Shown here: positions 26,997 to 36,345 of the stretch, one piece after another
Position numbering within the stretch: the first letter of the stretch is position 1
Layout: each line of letters begins with the position of its first letter
Assembly: GCA_018830005.1 (NCBI GenBank)
Contig: JAHJTE010000002.1
Span: 203,809 to 267,808 of the forward strand
DNA length: 64,000 bases
From: Candidatus Omnitrophota bacterium
Lineage (GTDB): Bacteria; Omnitrophota; Gorgyraeia; JAHJTE01
Reading direction: 5' to 3'
Program-made: the position numbers and the translations under genes
The notes under the pieces: model-generated
What the model was told of the DNA's origin: nothing
Databases searched by the model: none
Seen by the model: the letters and a program-made list of their open reading frames with translations, nothing else

Positions 26997-28190
26997 CTAT
27001 TTCAAGACTTCTCTGAATTTTTTTGTCAATACCGGAAGGATGTCAAATAAATCAGCAACTATGCCATAAGTAGCTACCTGCATTATTGGCGCATCCGCAT
27101 CCTTATTTATTGCTACGATTATATCCGAAGACTGCATCCCAACGAGATGCTGGATTTGACCCGAGATTCCGCAGGCAATGTAAATCTTAGGACAGACTGT
27201 TCTTCCGGTTTGCCCCACCTGATGAGAATAAGGAATCCAATCTGCATCTACAGCAGCCCTAGATGCACCGACCGCAGCGCCTAATGCCTTTGCCAAATCC
27301 TCAATTAATTTAAAATTCTCAGGCGCCTTAAGTCCTCTGCCTCCGGAAACAATAATATCTGCCTCAGCCAGATTTACCTTGGAAGTTAAATCTGCAACAA
27401 ATTTCAAAAGGCTTGTACGTGAATTTAAGAGCTCACTTCCTAAATCTTCCTTTATGAGCCTTCCTTTTCTTTGCTTATCGACAGCAGCTTCTTTCATTAC
27501 CTTGTGTCTTACTGTTGCCATCTGAGGCCGGTTACACCTTGTAATAATCGTTGCCATAATATTACCGCCAAACGCAGGGCGAGTCTGAAGAAGACAACGA
27601 CTTTCTCTGTCGATATCAAAACCAGTACAGTCAGCAGTTAAGCCTGTATTTAACTTAACAGCAACGCGCGATACGAGTGACCTACCGATAACTGTAGCCC
27701 CAGCAAGGAAAATCTCTGGTTTATATTTATTTATTAAATGAACCAAGGCATTGGTATAAGGCTCATCTAGAAAATCTTTTAATTTGGGATTGTCAATTAC
27801 ATATACCTCATCTGCTCCCCGGCTTATTAATTCTTGGCAACTTTTCTCTACATCGCTACCTAAAAGAACTGCAGCTAGCTTAACATTTAGAATATCAGCT
27901 AAATGCCTGCCTTCCCCTAGTAACTCATATACTACTGACTGAATAATACCGTTTTTCTGTTCGGCAAAAACCCATACACCCCTGTATTCTTTCAGATTCT
28001 GGCATCTTGTTTGTTGCTTCTCAATAACTATGGCTTCGAATTTGCAAGAATCAACACAGGCCCCGCAAAGCGTGCATTTATCTAAATCGATAATGGCCTT
28101 CTTATCAACAATAGTAATTGCATCAGGTGGACAGACCTTAACGCATAACGTACAGCCTGTACACTTATCTTTAATAACTTTTATTGACAT
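26997..28190 (-). CDS. etfA: Electron transfer flavoprotein alpha subunit with N-terminal 2x[4Fe-4S] ferredoxin domain
   Basis: CTGCTLCVKVCP and CTLCGACVDSC, then GLTADCT, RPAFGGN, QVGQTG and GISGQIQH. Confidence 0.95.
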   Translation of the reverse strand: MSIKVIKDKCTGCTLCVKVCPPDAITIVDKKAIIDLDKCTLCGACVDSCKFEAIVIEKQQTRCQNLKEYRGVWVFAEQKNGIIQSVVYELLGEGRHLADILNVKLAAVLLGSDVEKSCQELISRGADEVYVIDNPKLKDFLDEPYTNALVHLINKYKPEIFLAGATVIGRSLVSRVAVKLNTGLTADCTGFDIDRESRCLLQTRPAFGGNIMATIITRCNRPQMATVRHKVMKEAAVDKQRKGRLIKEDLGSELLNSRTSLLKFVADLTSKVNLAEADIIVSGGRGLKAPENFKLIEDLAKALGAAVGASRAAVDADWIPYSHQVGQTGRTVCPKIYIACGISGQIQHLVGMQSSDIIVAINKDADAPIMQVATYGIVADLFDILPVLTKKFREVLK

Positions 28191-28206
28191 CTTTTTAATT
28201 ACGAAT

Positions 28207-29007
28207 TTACTTACTCGATTTTGCTTGTAACACTGCGTCCTTTAATGCATCAACCAGCCTTTCTGCCACATCCTCTGCTTCGCCTTCGAATATTGCACCT
28301 TTAGGCCGGGGTGGAGGTGAAAATATTTTTACTACTTGTGTAGGTGAACCATCAAGGCCGATCTTATCTTTTTCAAGTTCTAGGTCCTTAACTGTTAAAT
28401 GTCTTATTTCTGCTGATTTTGAACGCATCATATGCCGCAAGGAAGGAAGACGCGGCTCATTTATCTCTTTGACAACAGTTATTAGCGCCGGAAGGGGTGA
28501 GCTGATAACCTCAAAACCCTCTTCTGTTGACCTCTCAACAACACAATTGTCTGCTTCGATTTTTTCTATTTTTCTAACATACGTTACCTGGGGTATATCA
28601 AGATGCGTTGATATACCTGGTCCGACTTGAGCAGTATCTCCATCAGATGCCTGCTTACCACAGATAATTAAATCAAAAGGCGGTAGTTTCCTAATGGCGC
28701 AGGAAAGAATATAACTTGTTGCCCAAGTATCAGATCCTGCAAAGGCACGATCACTAATCAAGACTGCATCATCTACCCCTAAGGAAATTGCCTCCCGAAG
28801 TGCACTCTCTGCCTGAGGCGGACCCATACTTACAACAGTAACCTTAGCAGAGAATCTCTCTTTAAGACGCAGTGCTTCCTCAATCGCATACATATCAAAG
28901 GGGTTAATAATTGAGGCTACGCCCTCGCGAATCAAGGTATTAGTCTCAGGATTAATCTTTACATTTCCAGTTTCTGGAACCTGTTTTATACAGACAATGA
29001 TATTCAT
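28207..29007 (-). CDS. etfB: Electron transfer flavoprotein beta subunit
   Basis: Motifs VCIKQVP, NPFD, SMGPPQA, FAGSDTWATS, GKQASDGDTAQVGP and NEPRLPS. Start at the ATG at 29007. Confidence 0.95.
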   Translation of the reverse strand: MNIIVCIKQVPETGNVKINPETNTLIREGVASIINPFDMYAIEEALRLKERFSAKVTVVSMGPPQAESALREAISLGVDDAVLISDRAFAGSDTWATSYILSCAIRKLPPFDLIICGKQASDGDTAQVGPGISTHLDIPQVTYVRKIEKIEADNCVVERSTEEGFEVISSPLPALITVVKEINEPRLPSLRHMMRSKSAEIRHLTVKDLELEKDKIGLDGSPTQVVKIFSPPPRPKGAIFEGEAEDVAERLVDALKDAVLQAKSSK

Positions 29008-29090
29008 CTTAAGGCTCGAAATCATGTGAAAGCGAGGTCTTTTTACACCTTAGAACAGAACCCGCTTTGTGAATCTTTCCATGCGTACTA

Positions 29091-30245
29091 TTATTTCTTC
29101 TTTGCCTCTTTAATCAACTGCAAAGCAATTATACCGCGCTGAATTTGATTTGTGCCTTCATAGATCTGAGTAATCTTTGCATCTCGCATATATTTTTCCA
29201 CAGGATAATCACGCATGTAGCCATATCCGCCTAAAATCTGCACAGCATCTGTGGTAACACTCATTGCGACATCTGAGGCATATAATTTTGCCATGGCTGA
29301 CTCTTTAGCAACAGAGGTCTTGCCTGCATCTACCATACGTGCAGTAGCATATACGAGTGCCCTGGCAGCCTCAACCTTAGTAGCCATATCTGCAAGCATA
29401 AATTGAATACCTTGAAAGCTTGAAATTGATTTTCCAAACTGAGTGCGGCCTTTAGCATAATTAACTGCCTCATCAAGTGCACCTTGGGCAATCCCAAGCG
29501 CCTGGGCTGCAACACCAGGTCTACTCATATCAAAGGTCTTCATCGTAACTATAAAACCCATACCCTCCCTGCCTAAGAGATTTTCTTTTGGAATCTTACA
29601 ATCAGCAAATATAAGCTCCCGGGTTGAAGAAGCACGTATACCCATTTTCTTTTCTTTCTTACCAAAGGTAAAACCCGGAGTATCCTTTTCCACAATAAAT
29701 GCAGATGCGCCCCTTGCGCCTTTCTTTTTATCGGTCATGGCAATAACTACATACACATGCGCATCACCGCCATTGGTAATAAAATGCTTGAGGCCGTTTA
29801 AAATATAATGATCGCCCTCTTTTTTAGCCGTGGTTTCAATCGCAGATGCGTCAGAACCGGCATTTGGTTCGGTTATGCCAAAGGCAGCCAAATACTCTCC
29901 CCTTGCCAGGAGAGGCAGATACTTCTTCTTCTGCTGGTCATCTCCATAAAGTAATATTGGAAAGGTACCTAAGGCACTTGCCGCATAGCAAACTGCAATT
30001 CCACCGCAGGCCTTTGAAAACTCTTCTGTCGCAAGGCATAATTCTAATACGCCTGCGCCCATTCCACCAAATTCTTGTGGTATGTAGAGTCCGAAAAGGT
30101 CTGATTGGGCGATGATCTTCATAATCTCATGAGGGAATTCCTCGCTCTCATCCAGTTCTGCAGCATAAGGCTTAATCTTATCCTTTGCAATCTGAGCGCA
30201 TAAGCCTCTAATCATATTCTGTTCATCAGTAAGTAGATAATCCAC
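29091..30245 (-). CDS. Acyl-CoA dehydrogenase (butyryl-CoA dehydrogenase-like)
   Basis: Motifs FGITEPNAGSD, LNGLKHFITNG, KMGIRAS, QILGGYGY and IYEGTNQIQ; adjacent to etfBA. Confidence 0.93.
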   Translation of the reverse strand: MDYLLTDEQNMIRGLCAQIAKDKIKPYAAELDESEEFPHEIMKIIAQSDLFGLYIPQEFGGMGAGVLELCLATEEFSKACGGIAVCYAASALGTFPILLYGDDQQKKKYLPLLARGEYLAAFGITEPNAGSDASAIETTAKKEGDHYILNGLKHFITNGGDAHVYVVIAMTDKKKGARGASAFIVEKDTPGFTFGKKEKKMGIRASSTRELIFADCKIPKENLLGREGMGFIVTMKTFDMSRPGVAAQALGIAQGALDEAVNYAKGRTQFGKSISSFQGIQFMLADMATKVEAARALVYATARMVDAGKTSVAKESAMAKLYASDVAMSVTTDAVQILGGYGYMRDYPVEKYMRDAKITQIYEGTNQIQRGIIALQLIKEAKKK

Positions 30246-30265
30246 AAAACCTCCTATTTTTAATA

Positions 30266-30721
30266 TTAAATTTTCTTCAGCAAGGCTATTTCTTTACAGT
30301 CTGGAAATTTAGGACAATTACAACATTCTAGCCAGATTTTATGAGGCAACTTTAGCCTATTTATCCTTCTAAATCCAAACTTCTTAAAAAATTTAGGTAC
30401 ATAGGTTAAAACGAATATATTTTTTATACCTAAACTCCTGGCCTCTTCCATGGCCTTTAAGACAAGAGCGCTTCCAATACCGCGGGAGCGAAATCTGTTG
30501 ATAACTGCCAAAGACTTAATTTCTGCTAAATCGCCCCAGGATATGTGTAAAGCACAGCAGGCAGTAATCCTTTTATTAGCCTCATTAACAAATACCCAAA
30601 AATCGCGTATATTCTCATATAATTCATTTAATGAACGCGGCAGCATATAATCGTCTTTCGCGTGCTGATTAATTAAAGTATGCAGTGCCTTTATATCTCT
30701 GATAGTTGCTTTTCTAATCAT
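30266..30721 (-). CDS. Short GNAT N-acetyltransferase, probable N-acetylglutamate synthase (ArgA-like)
   Basis: Motifs MLPRSLNELYENIRDF, LAEIKSLAV, GIGSALV, FVLTYVPKFF and LPHKIW.EC..C.KF..C.E. Confidence 0.8.
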   Translation of the reverse strand: MIRKATIRDIKALHTLINQHAKDDYMLPRSLNELYENIRDFWVFVNEANKRITACCALHISWGDLAEIKSLAVINRFRSRGIGSALVLKAMEEARSLGIKNIFVLTYVPKFFKKFGFRRINRLKLPHKIWLECCNCPKFPDCKEIALLKKI

Positions 30722-30749
30722 GGTAATTATTAAATAATAAAACTAGAAA

Positions 30750-30778
30750 ATTATATAATAAAAGTTTAAGTATTGCAA
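30750..30778 (-). promoter_or_regulatory. Sigma70 promoter for the GNAT-acd-etfBA-pilZ-smc unit
   Basis: Minus strand TTGCAA-N17-TATAAT in an AT-rich 87-bp gap; the -35 sits inside the palindrome TATTGCAATA. Confidence 0.7.
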
Positions 30779-30808
30779 TATATTATAAAAAATAAGGTAA
30801 AAATCTGC

Positions 30809-32839
30809 CTAGTTTTCTTCTAGCGACTGTTCGAGATTTGCAACGAATTCTTTTATCTCTTTATCATCAGGGGTTATTTTCTGCGCTAAGCGGGAAATTT
30901 TCAACGCCTTTTCCTTCTCGCCTAACTTAAGATATGTCTTAGCTAAGAGCAAACGAAGATAAGACTTCCTAAGGCCGTAAGTATAGGCAAGACGCAAATG
31001 CCTCAAGGCATCATCAAACTTACCCTGATTAAGAAATGCCTTACCAAGATAATAATGAGCCTCCCTTGAAGAAGGATAAATCTTTAAGGCCTCCTCTGCT
31101 TCAGAAATAACAGCTTTATCTAGGCCGACAGCATCAAGTAACCTTGCACGCAAAATATATGGGTCAGGAACAACTACACCTAGAGTGAGACGCAACATGT
31201 CAACCGGTGATGCCTGCCAATTTTTTAAATCAACACTTAAGGACCTAATCAACTTGGCATTAGCAGTTGTTTTCCTCAAGAATACAACTCCGCTTTCATC
31301 AAAAAATACTAATTGCCACTCGGGATGCTCATAGAACATCTTGAAGGCTTTTTTGGGAATAAAGGAAGTAGAATTATTTAAAAGAGCAGTATTTATATTA
31401 AATTTTTCTACCTGGGTATCAAAAATTTCTTTATCACCAGCCATAATTTTAAGGTAGTTATCAAAAAATTCACTACTATAAAGTTCAGTGCGTCCATCAA
31501 TAAAGACTTTATATTCAGGATAAGCATGGAAGATAAGATATGCCCCGGAATTAAAATCATTGAAGAGATTTGCTGGTAAGTTATTATCACGCATAAAATC
31601 TATGCATGCCTTTGGATAGCGATACCCTATTAGATCTGAAAGATGGCTCTTCATCTCATAATCCTTAAAATCATAGTAACGCCTGAACATGGATCCATAG
31701 CTGATCTTTGCCATAAATACAATTAACACGCAAATAATGAGGCCCTTAATAGCTATATCCAGTTTGCTTGAGAAGACATTAATCCTTACCTTGCTTTTAA
31801 CAGAATGATCAATCTCATTCAATCTAGATATTACTATTAGATAAGCGGCAAAACTCAAAAAAGTAATATTGCGTTGTACCACCAAACCAAAGGGGAGAAA
31901 AAATGCAAATAATAAAATATGAGAAATGTCTAACTTTCGCCAATTAAATAATAAACTAAACAGACTAATCAGAACTAAAATGTTAAACTGCGTACTTCCT
32001 ACAAAGGCATTCCCTTTAAGGGGGAAAGCACTTACAAGCTCTGCCACGCTTTTAAATGCATAATGAGCCTGACCTAAGACTATATCTTTTAATATGAGGA
32101 AGGGATAAACTACGCCGATAAATCCATGCGGGTTAATAAAACAAACAAGTAATACTAGAAAAAGGAGTTTAATCAATCTATGAAAACTCCTATCCTCCAA
32201 TTTGCCGGTTTGCGACCATTGGGCTGGAAGAAAAGGCAAGAATCTTCTAAAGACCTCGGCGATAATAAAAATAAGTATTAAAAGCGGACCTAAGAAAAAA
32301 TAACCATGGGAATTCACCCAGAGAAACTGCCAGAATATCAAGATATAGATAACATTAGTGCCCTTATTAAACTTTAATTGATGCAAGAATATGCTAAAGA
32401 ACAGTAAGCTCAATATATCCGGCCTCAGGTTGAATCTAGTATAAGTAGCAAATATTACCAAGATAGACAATAATACCGTCGTAATCATATGTTGGTTGTC
32501 TTTAAATCCAATCAAAAACAACACAAGAAAGGCTAAGGCAACAAATAGTGTCTGTAAGAATATCAGGCCGCTTATATCAAAATATTTGTACATTAAATAA
32601 ACGGCAACCTGAAATAGCCATTCGTGATTTATCCAGCGCTTTCCGGATAAAGTAAATGAATAAGGATCAGAGCCTGAGACGCGCATGTCCTTGATAATCT
32701 CTTTTCCGGTTCTCAAATGCAGCCAGATATCTGTATCAAAGATACCGCTGGTTGCCTGAACAATCACAAATAATACAAGAATAATGCTTAATGCCGAGGT
32801 TGCATATTTATTAATTTTTGGAATTATATTTTTGTTCAT
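30809..32839 (-). CDS. Multi-pass membrane protein with C-terminal TPRs, putative GT-C-fold glycosyltransferase
   Basis: About 11-13 hydrophobic segments with DTDIWLHLRTG after TM1, WINHEWL, RPD, WVNSHG and FIDGRTELY, plus TPR-like AHYYLGKAFLNQGKFDDAL. The ATG overlaps the oppF stop. Confidence 0.6.
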   Translation of the reverse strand: MNKNIIPKINKYATSALSIILVLFVIVQATSGIFDTDIWLHLRTGKEIIKDMRVSGSDPYSFTLSGKRWINHEWLFQVAVYLMYKYFDISGLIFLQTLFVALAFLVLFLIGFKDNQHMITTVLLSILVIFATYTRFNLRPDILSLLFFSIFLHQLKFNKGTNVIYILIFWQFLWVNSHGYFFLGPLLILIFIIAEVFRRFLPFLPAQWSQTGKLEDRSFHRLIKLLFLVLLVCFINPHGFIGVVYPFLILKDIVLGQAHYAFKSVAELVSAFPLKGNAFVGSTQFNILVLISLFSLLFNWRKLDISHILLFAFFLPFGLVVQRNITFLSFAAYLIVISRLNEIDHSVKSKVRINVFSSKLDIAIKGLIICVLIVFMAKISYGSMFRRYYDFKDYEMKSHLSDLIGYRYPKACIDFMRDNNLPANLFNDFNSGAYLIFHAYPEYKVFIDGRTELYSSEFFDNYLKIMAGDKEIFDTQVEKFNINTALLNNSTSFIPKKAFKMFYEHPEWQLVFFDESGVVFLRKTTANAKLIRSLSVDLKNWQASPVDMLRLTLGVVVPDPYILRARLLDAVGLDKAVISEAEEALKIYPSSREAHYYLGKAFLNQGKFDDALRHLRLAYTYGLRKSYLRLLLAKTYLKLGEKEKALKISRLAQKITPDDKEIKEFVANLEQSLEEN

Positions 32840-33774
32840 TTTTGGCTCCTATATAAATCAAATGAAAAATGACAGGCGCTGAAATGGCCTTTTTCTTTCT
32901 CTTCTAATTTAGGTTCAACACTAAAACATTTATCCTTTGCATAGGGGCAGCGTGAATTAAAAATACAGCCAGAGATTTTCCTAAATCGTGGTATATCTCC
33001 TTTAAGTTTACTCCTCTTATCCCTTGCGGCCAAGAGTAAAGACTCTGTATAGGGATGCAGGCTTCTTTTAAAAATATCAAGGGCTTGCGCCTTCTCCATG
33101 ATTTTGCCCAAATACATAACCAAACAAGCATCGGAAAAATTCTTAACCACAGCCAAATTATGAGTTATAAACAAAAAACTCAAACTAAGCTTTGTTTGTA
33201 AACTTTTGAGCAGATTTAAAATCTTTACCTGGATTCTAACGTCTAAGGATGAAACCGGCTCATCAAGAACAATAATTTTTGGACCTGAGGCTAGGGCCCT
33301 GGCTAAACTAATCCTTTGACGCTGACCGCCGGAAAATTCTTTTGGAAAGCGAAAACGCGAGCCTGAATCAATATCTACCAAGTCTAGGAGTTCTATAACA
33401 CGCTCCTTAGGAGATTTGTGAGAAGACATCTTATGGATTAAGAGTGGCTCCAAAATAATATCCTCTATACGCATTAGAGGATTAAGTGAATTGTAGGGAT
33501 TTTGAAAAACCATCTGAACATCTTTACGTAAATTCTTAATTTGGCTTCCAAAGATAATATCTCCGGAGGTGGCTGGAATCAATTTTAGAATAAGTTTTGC
33601 AACGCTAGTCTTACCGCAGCCGCTTTCGCCGACAATAGCTAGAGTTTGAGAAGATTCAAGAGAAAAATCAAGATCATCAACAGCCCTAATCTCAATTCTT
33701 TCCCTTGAGAAAAAATTCTTCTGTATGTAATAATATTTTTTAAGGTTTGAGGCTTTAAGTAAAGCTTCTTTCAT
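32836..33774 (-). CDS. Oligopeptide/dipeptide ABC transporter ATP-binding protein (OppF-like)
   Basis: Motifs GESGCGKT, FSGGQRQR, DEPVSSLD, HPYT and a C-terminal Cys cluster. Confidence 0.93.
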   Translation of the reverse strand: MKEALLKASNLKKYYYIQKNFFSRERIEIRAVDDLDFSLESSQTLAIVGESGCGKTSVAKLILKLIPATSGDIIFGSQIKNLRKDVQMVFQNPYNSLNPLMRIEDIILEPLLIHKMSSHKSPKERVIELLDLVDIDSGSRFRFPKEFSGGQRQRISLARALASGPKIIVLDEPVSSLDVRIQVKILNLLKSLQTKLSLSFLFITHNLAVVKNFSDACLVMYLGKIMEKAQALDIFKRSLHPYTESLLLAARDKRSKLKGDIPRFRKISGCIFNSRCPYAKDKCFSVEPKLEEKEKGHFSACHFSFDLYRSQK

Positions 33775-34565
33775 AGTCTGCTAGTAATCATGCCTGCATT
33801 TAACAGCTCTTTAGTATAGGCCTCTTTAGGATGCGCAAATAACTCCTTGGTCTTTTTTAATTCTATCAATTTTCCCGCATAAATTACTGCTGTCTCATCA
33901 GCAAGAAAACGCACTAAGGATAGATCATGGGTAATAAAGATTATAGACAGACCCAGCTTTTGCCTTAACTCTGCCAGCAATTCCAAAATCGAGGCCTCTA
34001 TTGTTACATCAAGATTAGAGGTTGGCTCATCTGCAATAAGAAGTTTAGGCCTAGAGGCCAAGGCCAAAGCAATCATCACCCTCTGATTCATACCTCCGGA
34101 AAATTGATGTGCATAGAATTCAAGATGCTCCTTTGGATCTGGTATTTTTACAAGTTCAAGCAGTCTATGGGCTTCATCTTTAGCATATTTACGGCTTAAA
34201 TTTCTAGAGTTCATTATAGTCTCAATAAGTTGGCCGCCGATACTTATAACTGGATTTAGTGCTGCGGTTGCATCCTGAAATATATATCCGATTTGCTTAC
34301 CGCGAATAGCCTCTAATTGTCTATCTGTCAATTCTAAGATATTCTTACCTTGATAAATAACCTTACCGCTTATGAATTTGGCGTTATCAGGTAAGAGTTT
34401 TGCAATACTCATTGCCAAAGTAGTTTTACCACAGCCACTTTCACCTACAATACCCAAAGCGCCACCTTCGCATAACGTGAGGCTTATGCCTGTTAACGCA
34501 TCTAGCCTTCCTTCTCTGGCGTAATAAGAAACACTCAAATTTTCTATTCTTAATATATCGCTCAT
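33771..34565 (-). CDS. Oligopeptide/dipeptide ABC transporter ATP-binding protein (OppD-like)
   Basis: Motifs GESGCGKT, FSGGMNQR, ADEPT and ITHDL. The ATG at 34565 overlaps the oppC stop. Confidence 0.92.
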   Translation of the reverse strand: MSDILRIENLSVSYYAREGRLDALTGISLTLCEGGALGIVGESGCGKTTLAMSIAKLLPDNAKFISGKVIYQGKNILELTDRQLEAIRGKQIGYIFQDATAALNPVISIGGQLIETIMNSRNLSRKYAKDEAHRLLELVKIPDPKEHLEFYAHQFSGGMNQRVMIALALASRPKLLIADEPTSNLDVTIEASILELLAELRQKLGLSIIFITHDLSLVRFLADETAVIYAGKLIELKKTKELFAHPKEAYTKELLNAGMITSRL

Positions 34566-35359
34566 TGCTTCTGCCAATTTCTTAATCCTTCACCCAGCAT
34601 ATTATAACCGAGTATGGTGATAAAAATAGCGAGTCCGGGAAAAAGAGTAAGCCACCAGGCAACGCCTAATGTAGATTTTGCTTCAATAAGAATATTACCC
34701 CAGGAAGGCGTAGGCGGCTGAACGCCAATGCCTAAAAAACTCAAAGAAGATTCTACAAGAATCGCATATGCCATGCCTAAGATAGCTGCTACCACAACCG
34801 GTCCAAATGCATTAGGCAGGAGATGCTTGAGTATAATCCGCATATTGCTGGCTCCGATTACGTGGGCGGCCTGAATAAACTCACGTTCTTTTAGACTTAA
34901 GACTTGTGCACGTACAATACGAGCAACTCCCATCCAGCTTGTAAGACCGATAATGATCATAATATTAGTTATCGACGGTTCTAAAATCGCTACTACTGAA
35001 AGTATCAAGAAGAATGTCGGAAAACACAACATCAAATCAACAAAGCGCATTATCACCGAATCAATCCATTTACCATAAAAGCCTGCGATTGAACCTACGG
35101 TGCATCCGATTATTGTAGAAATCCCTACAGCTATAAAACCTACTTTGAGTGAAACCCTTGAACCAAAAAGCATACGCGAGAATAAATCCCTACCCAAAGA
35201 ATCAGTACCCAAAATATGTTCACTTGAAGGCGGCATTAAAATACTGTCGACATCAATCTGGGAAAAATCATAAGCTGATAAGTAAGGTGCAAAAAAAGCA
35301 CAAACTGCCAGCAGTAAAACAATTAGTAGGCCAAAAACTAATAATTTATTTCTTAACAT
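34562..35359 (-). CDS. Oligopeptide ABC transporter permease (OppC-like)
   Basis: Motifs LGTDSLGRDLFSR, an EAA loop (FIQAAHVIGA), LSFLGIG and PSWG. Confidence 0.93.
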   Translation of the reverse strand: MLRNKLLVFGLLIVLLLAVCAFFAPYLSAYDFSQIDVDSILMPPSSEHILGTDSLGRDLFSRMLFGSRVSLKVGFIAVGISTIIGCTVGSIAGFYGKWIDSVIMRFVDLMLCFPTFFLILSVVAILEPSITNIMIIIGLTSWMGVARIVRAQVLSLKEREFIQAAHVIGASNMRIILKHLLPNAFGPVVVAAILGMAYAILVESSLSFLGIGVQPPTPSWGNILIEAKSTLGVAWWLTLFPGLAIFITILGYNMLGEGLRNWQKQ

Positions 35360-35370
35360 TTTTCCTTTCT

Positions 35371-36345
35371 TTATCGCTGATAGCGTATACGAGGATCAAC
35401 CCAGGCATAGGTAACATCAGCAATCAGATTGCCAGCCAAGGTAAAGATACTACCCAAAACGAGCAAACCCATAATCGAAGGATAATCTCGACTCATCACT
35501 GATTCAAAGAATAATCTTCCCATGCCCGGTATAGCAAATATTGTCTCAAAAATTACGCTACCACCAATTAATCCCGGAATAGATAGTCCTAAAATTGTAA
35601 TTATCGGAATTAATGCATTCCGCAGGGCATGATTATATATTACCCTTGTTTCACTCAGGCCTCTTGCACGTGCTGCAATTACATAATCAGCTTTTATTAC
35701 CTCCAGCATGCCTTGACGCATATAACGTGAAATCCCAGCCAGGCCTCCAAAGGCAGAAACAAATACAGGTAATATTAAATGCTTACTAACATCGAAGAAT
35801 TTCATCATCGGTGTTAAAAATTCAAAATCAATGGATTTGATTCCAGATATAGGTAACCACCTTAAATGAACGCCAAAAAGACTCATCAAAAGTAGGGCCA
35901 ACCAAAAACTAGGCATGGCAAATCCCACAAAAACAAAGATAGTGCTACTCTTATCAAATAGACAGCCCTCTCTTAAGGCTGATTTTATTCCTAAGGGTAT
36001 GGCAACGATAAGAATGAGAGCCAATGATAGCACGTTAATCAACAATGTTATGGGCACTCTTTCTTTTATCTTATCCCAAACTGGCCGATCATCCAAAAAT
36101 GAGTTACCAAAATCAAAACGTATAAGGCGCAAAAACCAATCTCTGTACTGGATATGCAGCGGCTTATCCAGGCCGTAGAGTTTTGCAAGTCGCGCTCTGA
36201 CTTCTAGGCTAACCTTGGGATTAAAATCCGACGCAATTGTCGTAGGCCTGCCTGGGGCAAGATGAATCACTAAAAAAGAAATTAATGTTATACCAATAAA
36301 TAAAGGAATTAAAATCAATATTCTTCTTATTAGATAATTAATCAT
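35371..36345 (-). CDS. Oligopeptide ABC transporter permease (OppB-like)
   Basis: Motifs GLDKPL..QY, DFGNS, PSFW, ARARGL, HALRNA and RDYP. Confidence 0.93.
   Translation of the reverse strand: MINYLIRRILILIPLFIGITLISFLVIHLAPGRPTTIASDFNPKVSLEVRARLAKLYGLDKPLHIQYRDWFLRLIRFDFGNSFLDDRPVWDKIKERVPITLLINVLSLALILIVAIPLGIKSALREGCLFDKSSTIFVFVGFAMPSFWLALLLMSLFGVHLRWLPISGIKSIDFEFLTPMMKFFDVSKHLILPVFVSAFGGLAGISRYMRQGMLEVIKADYVIAARARGLSETRVIYNHALRNALIPIITILGLSIPGLIGGSVIFETIFAIPGMGRLFFESVMSRDYPSIMGLLVLGSIFTLAGNLIADVTYAWVDPRIRYQR

Noticed and set aside
29065-29085. Possible Rex operator (TTGTGAA) before etfB
   Set aside because: Only one half-site matches TTGTGAA-N4-TTCACAA.
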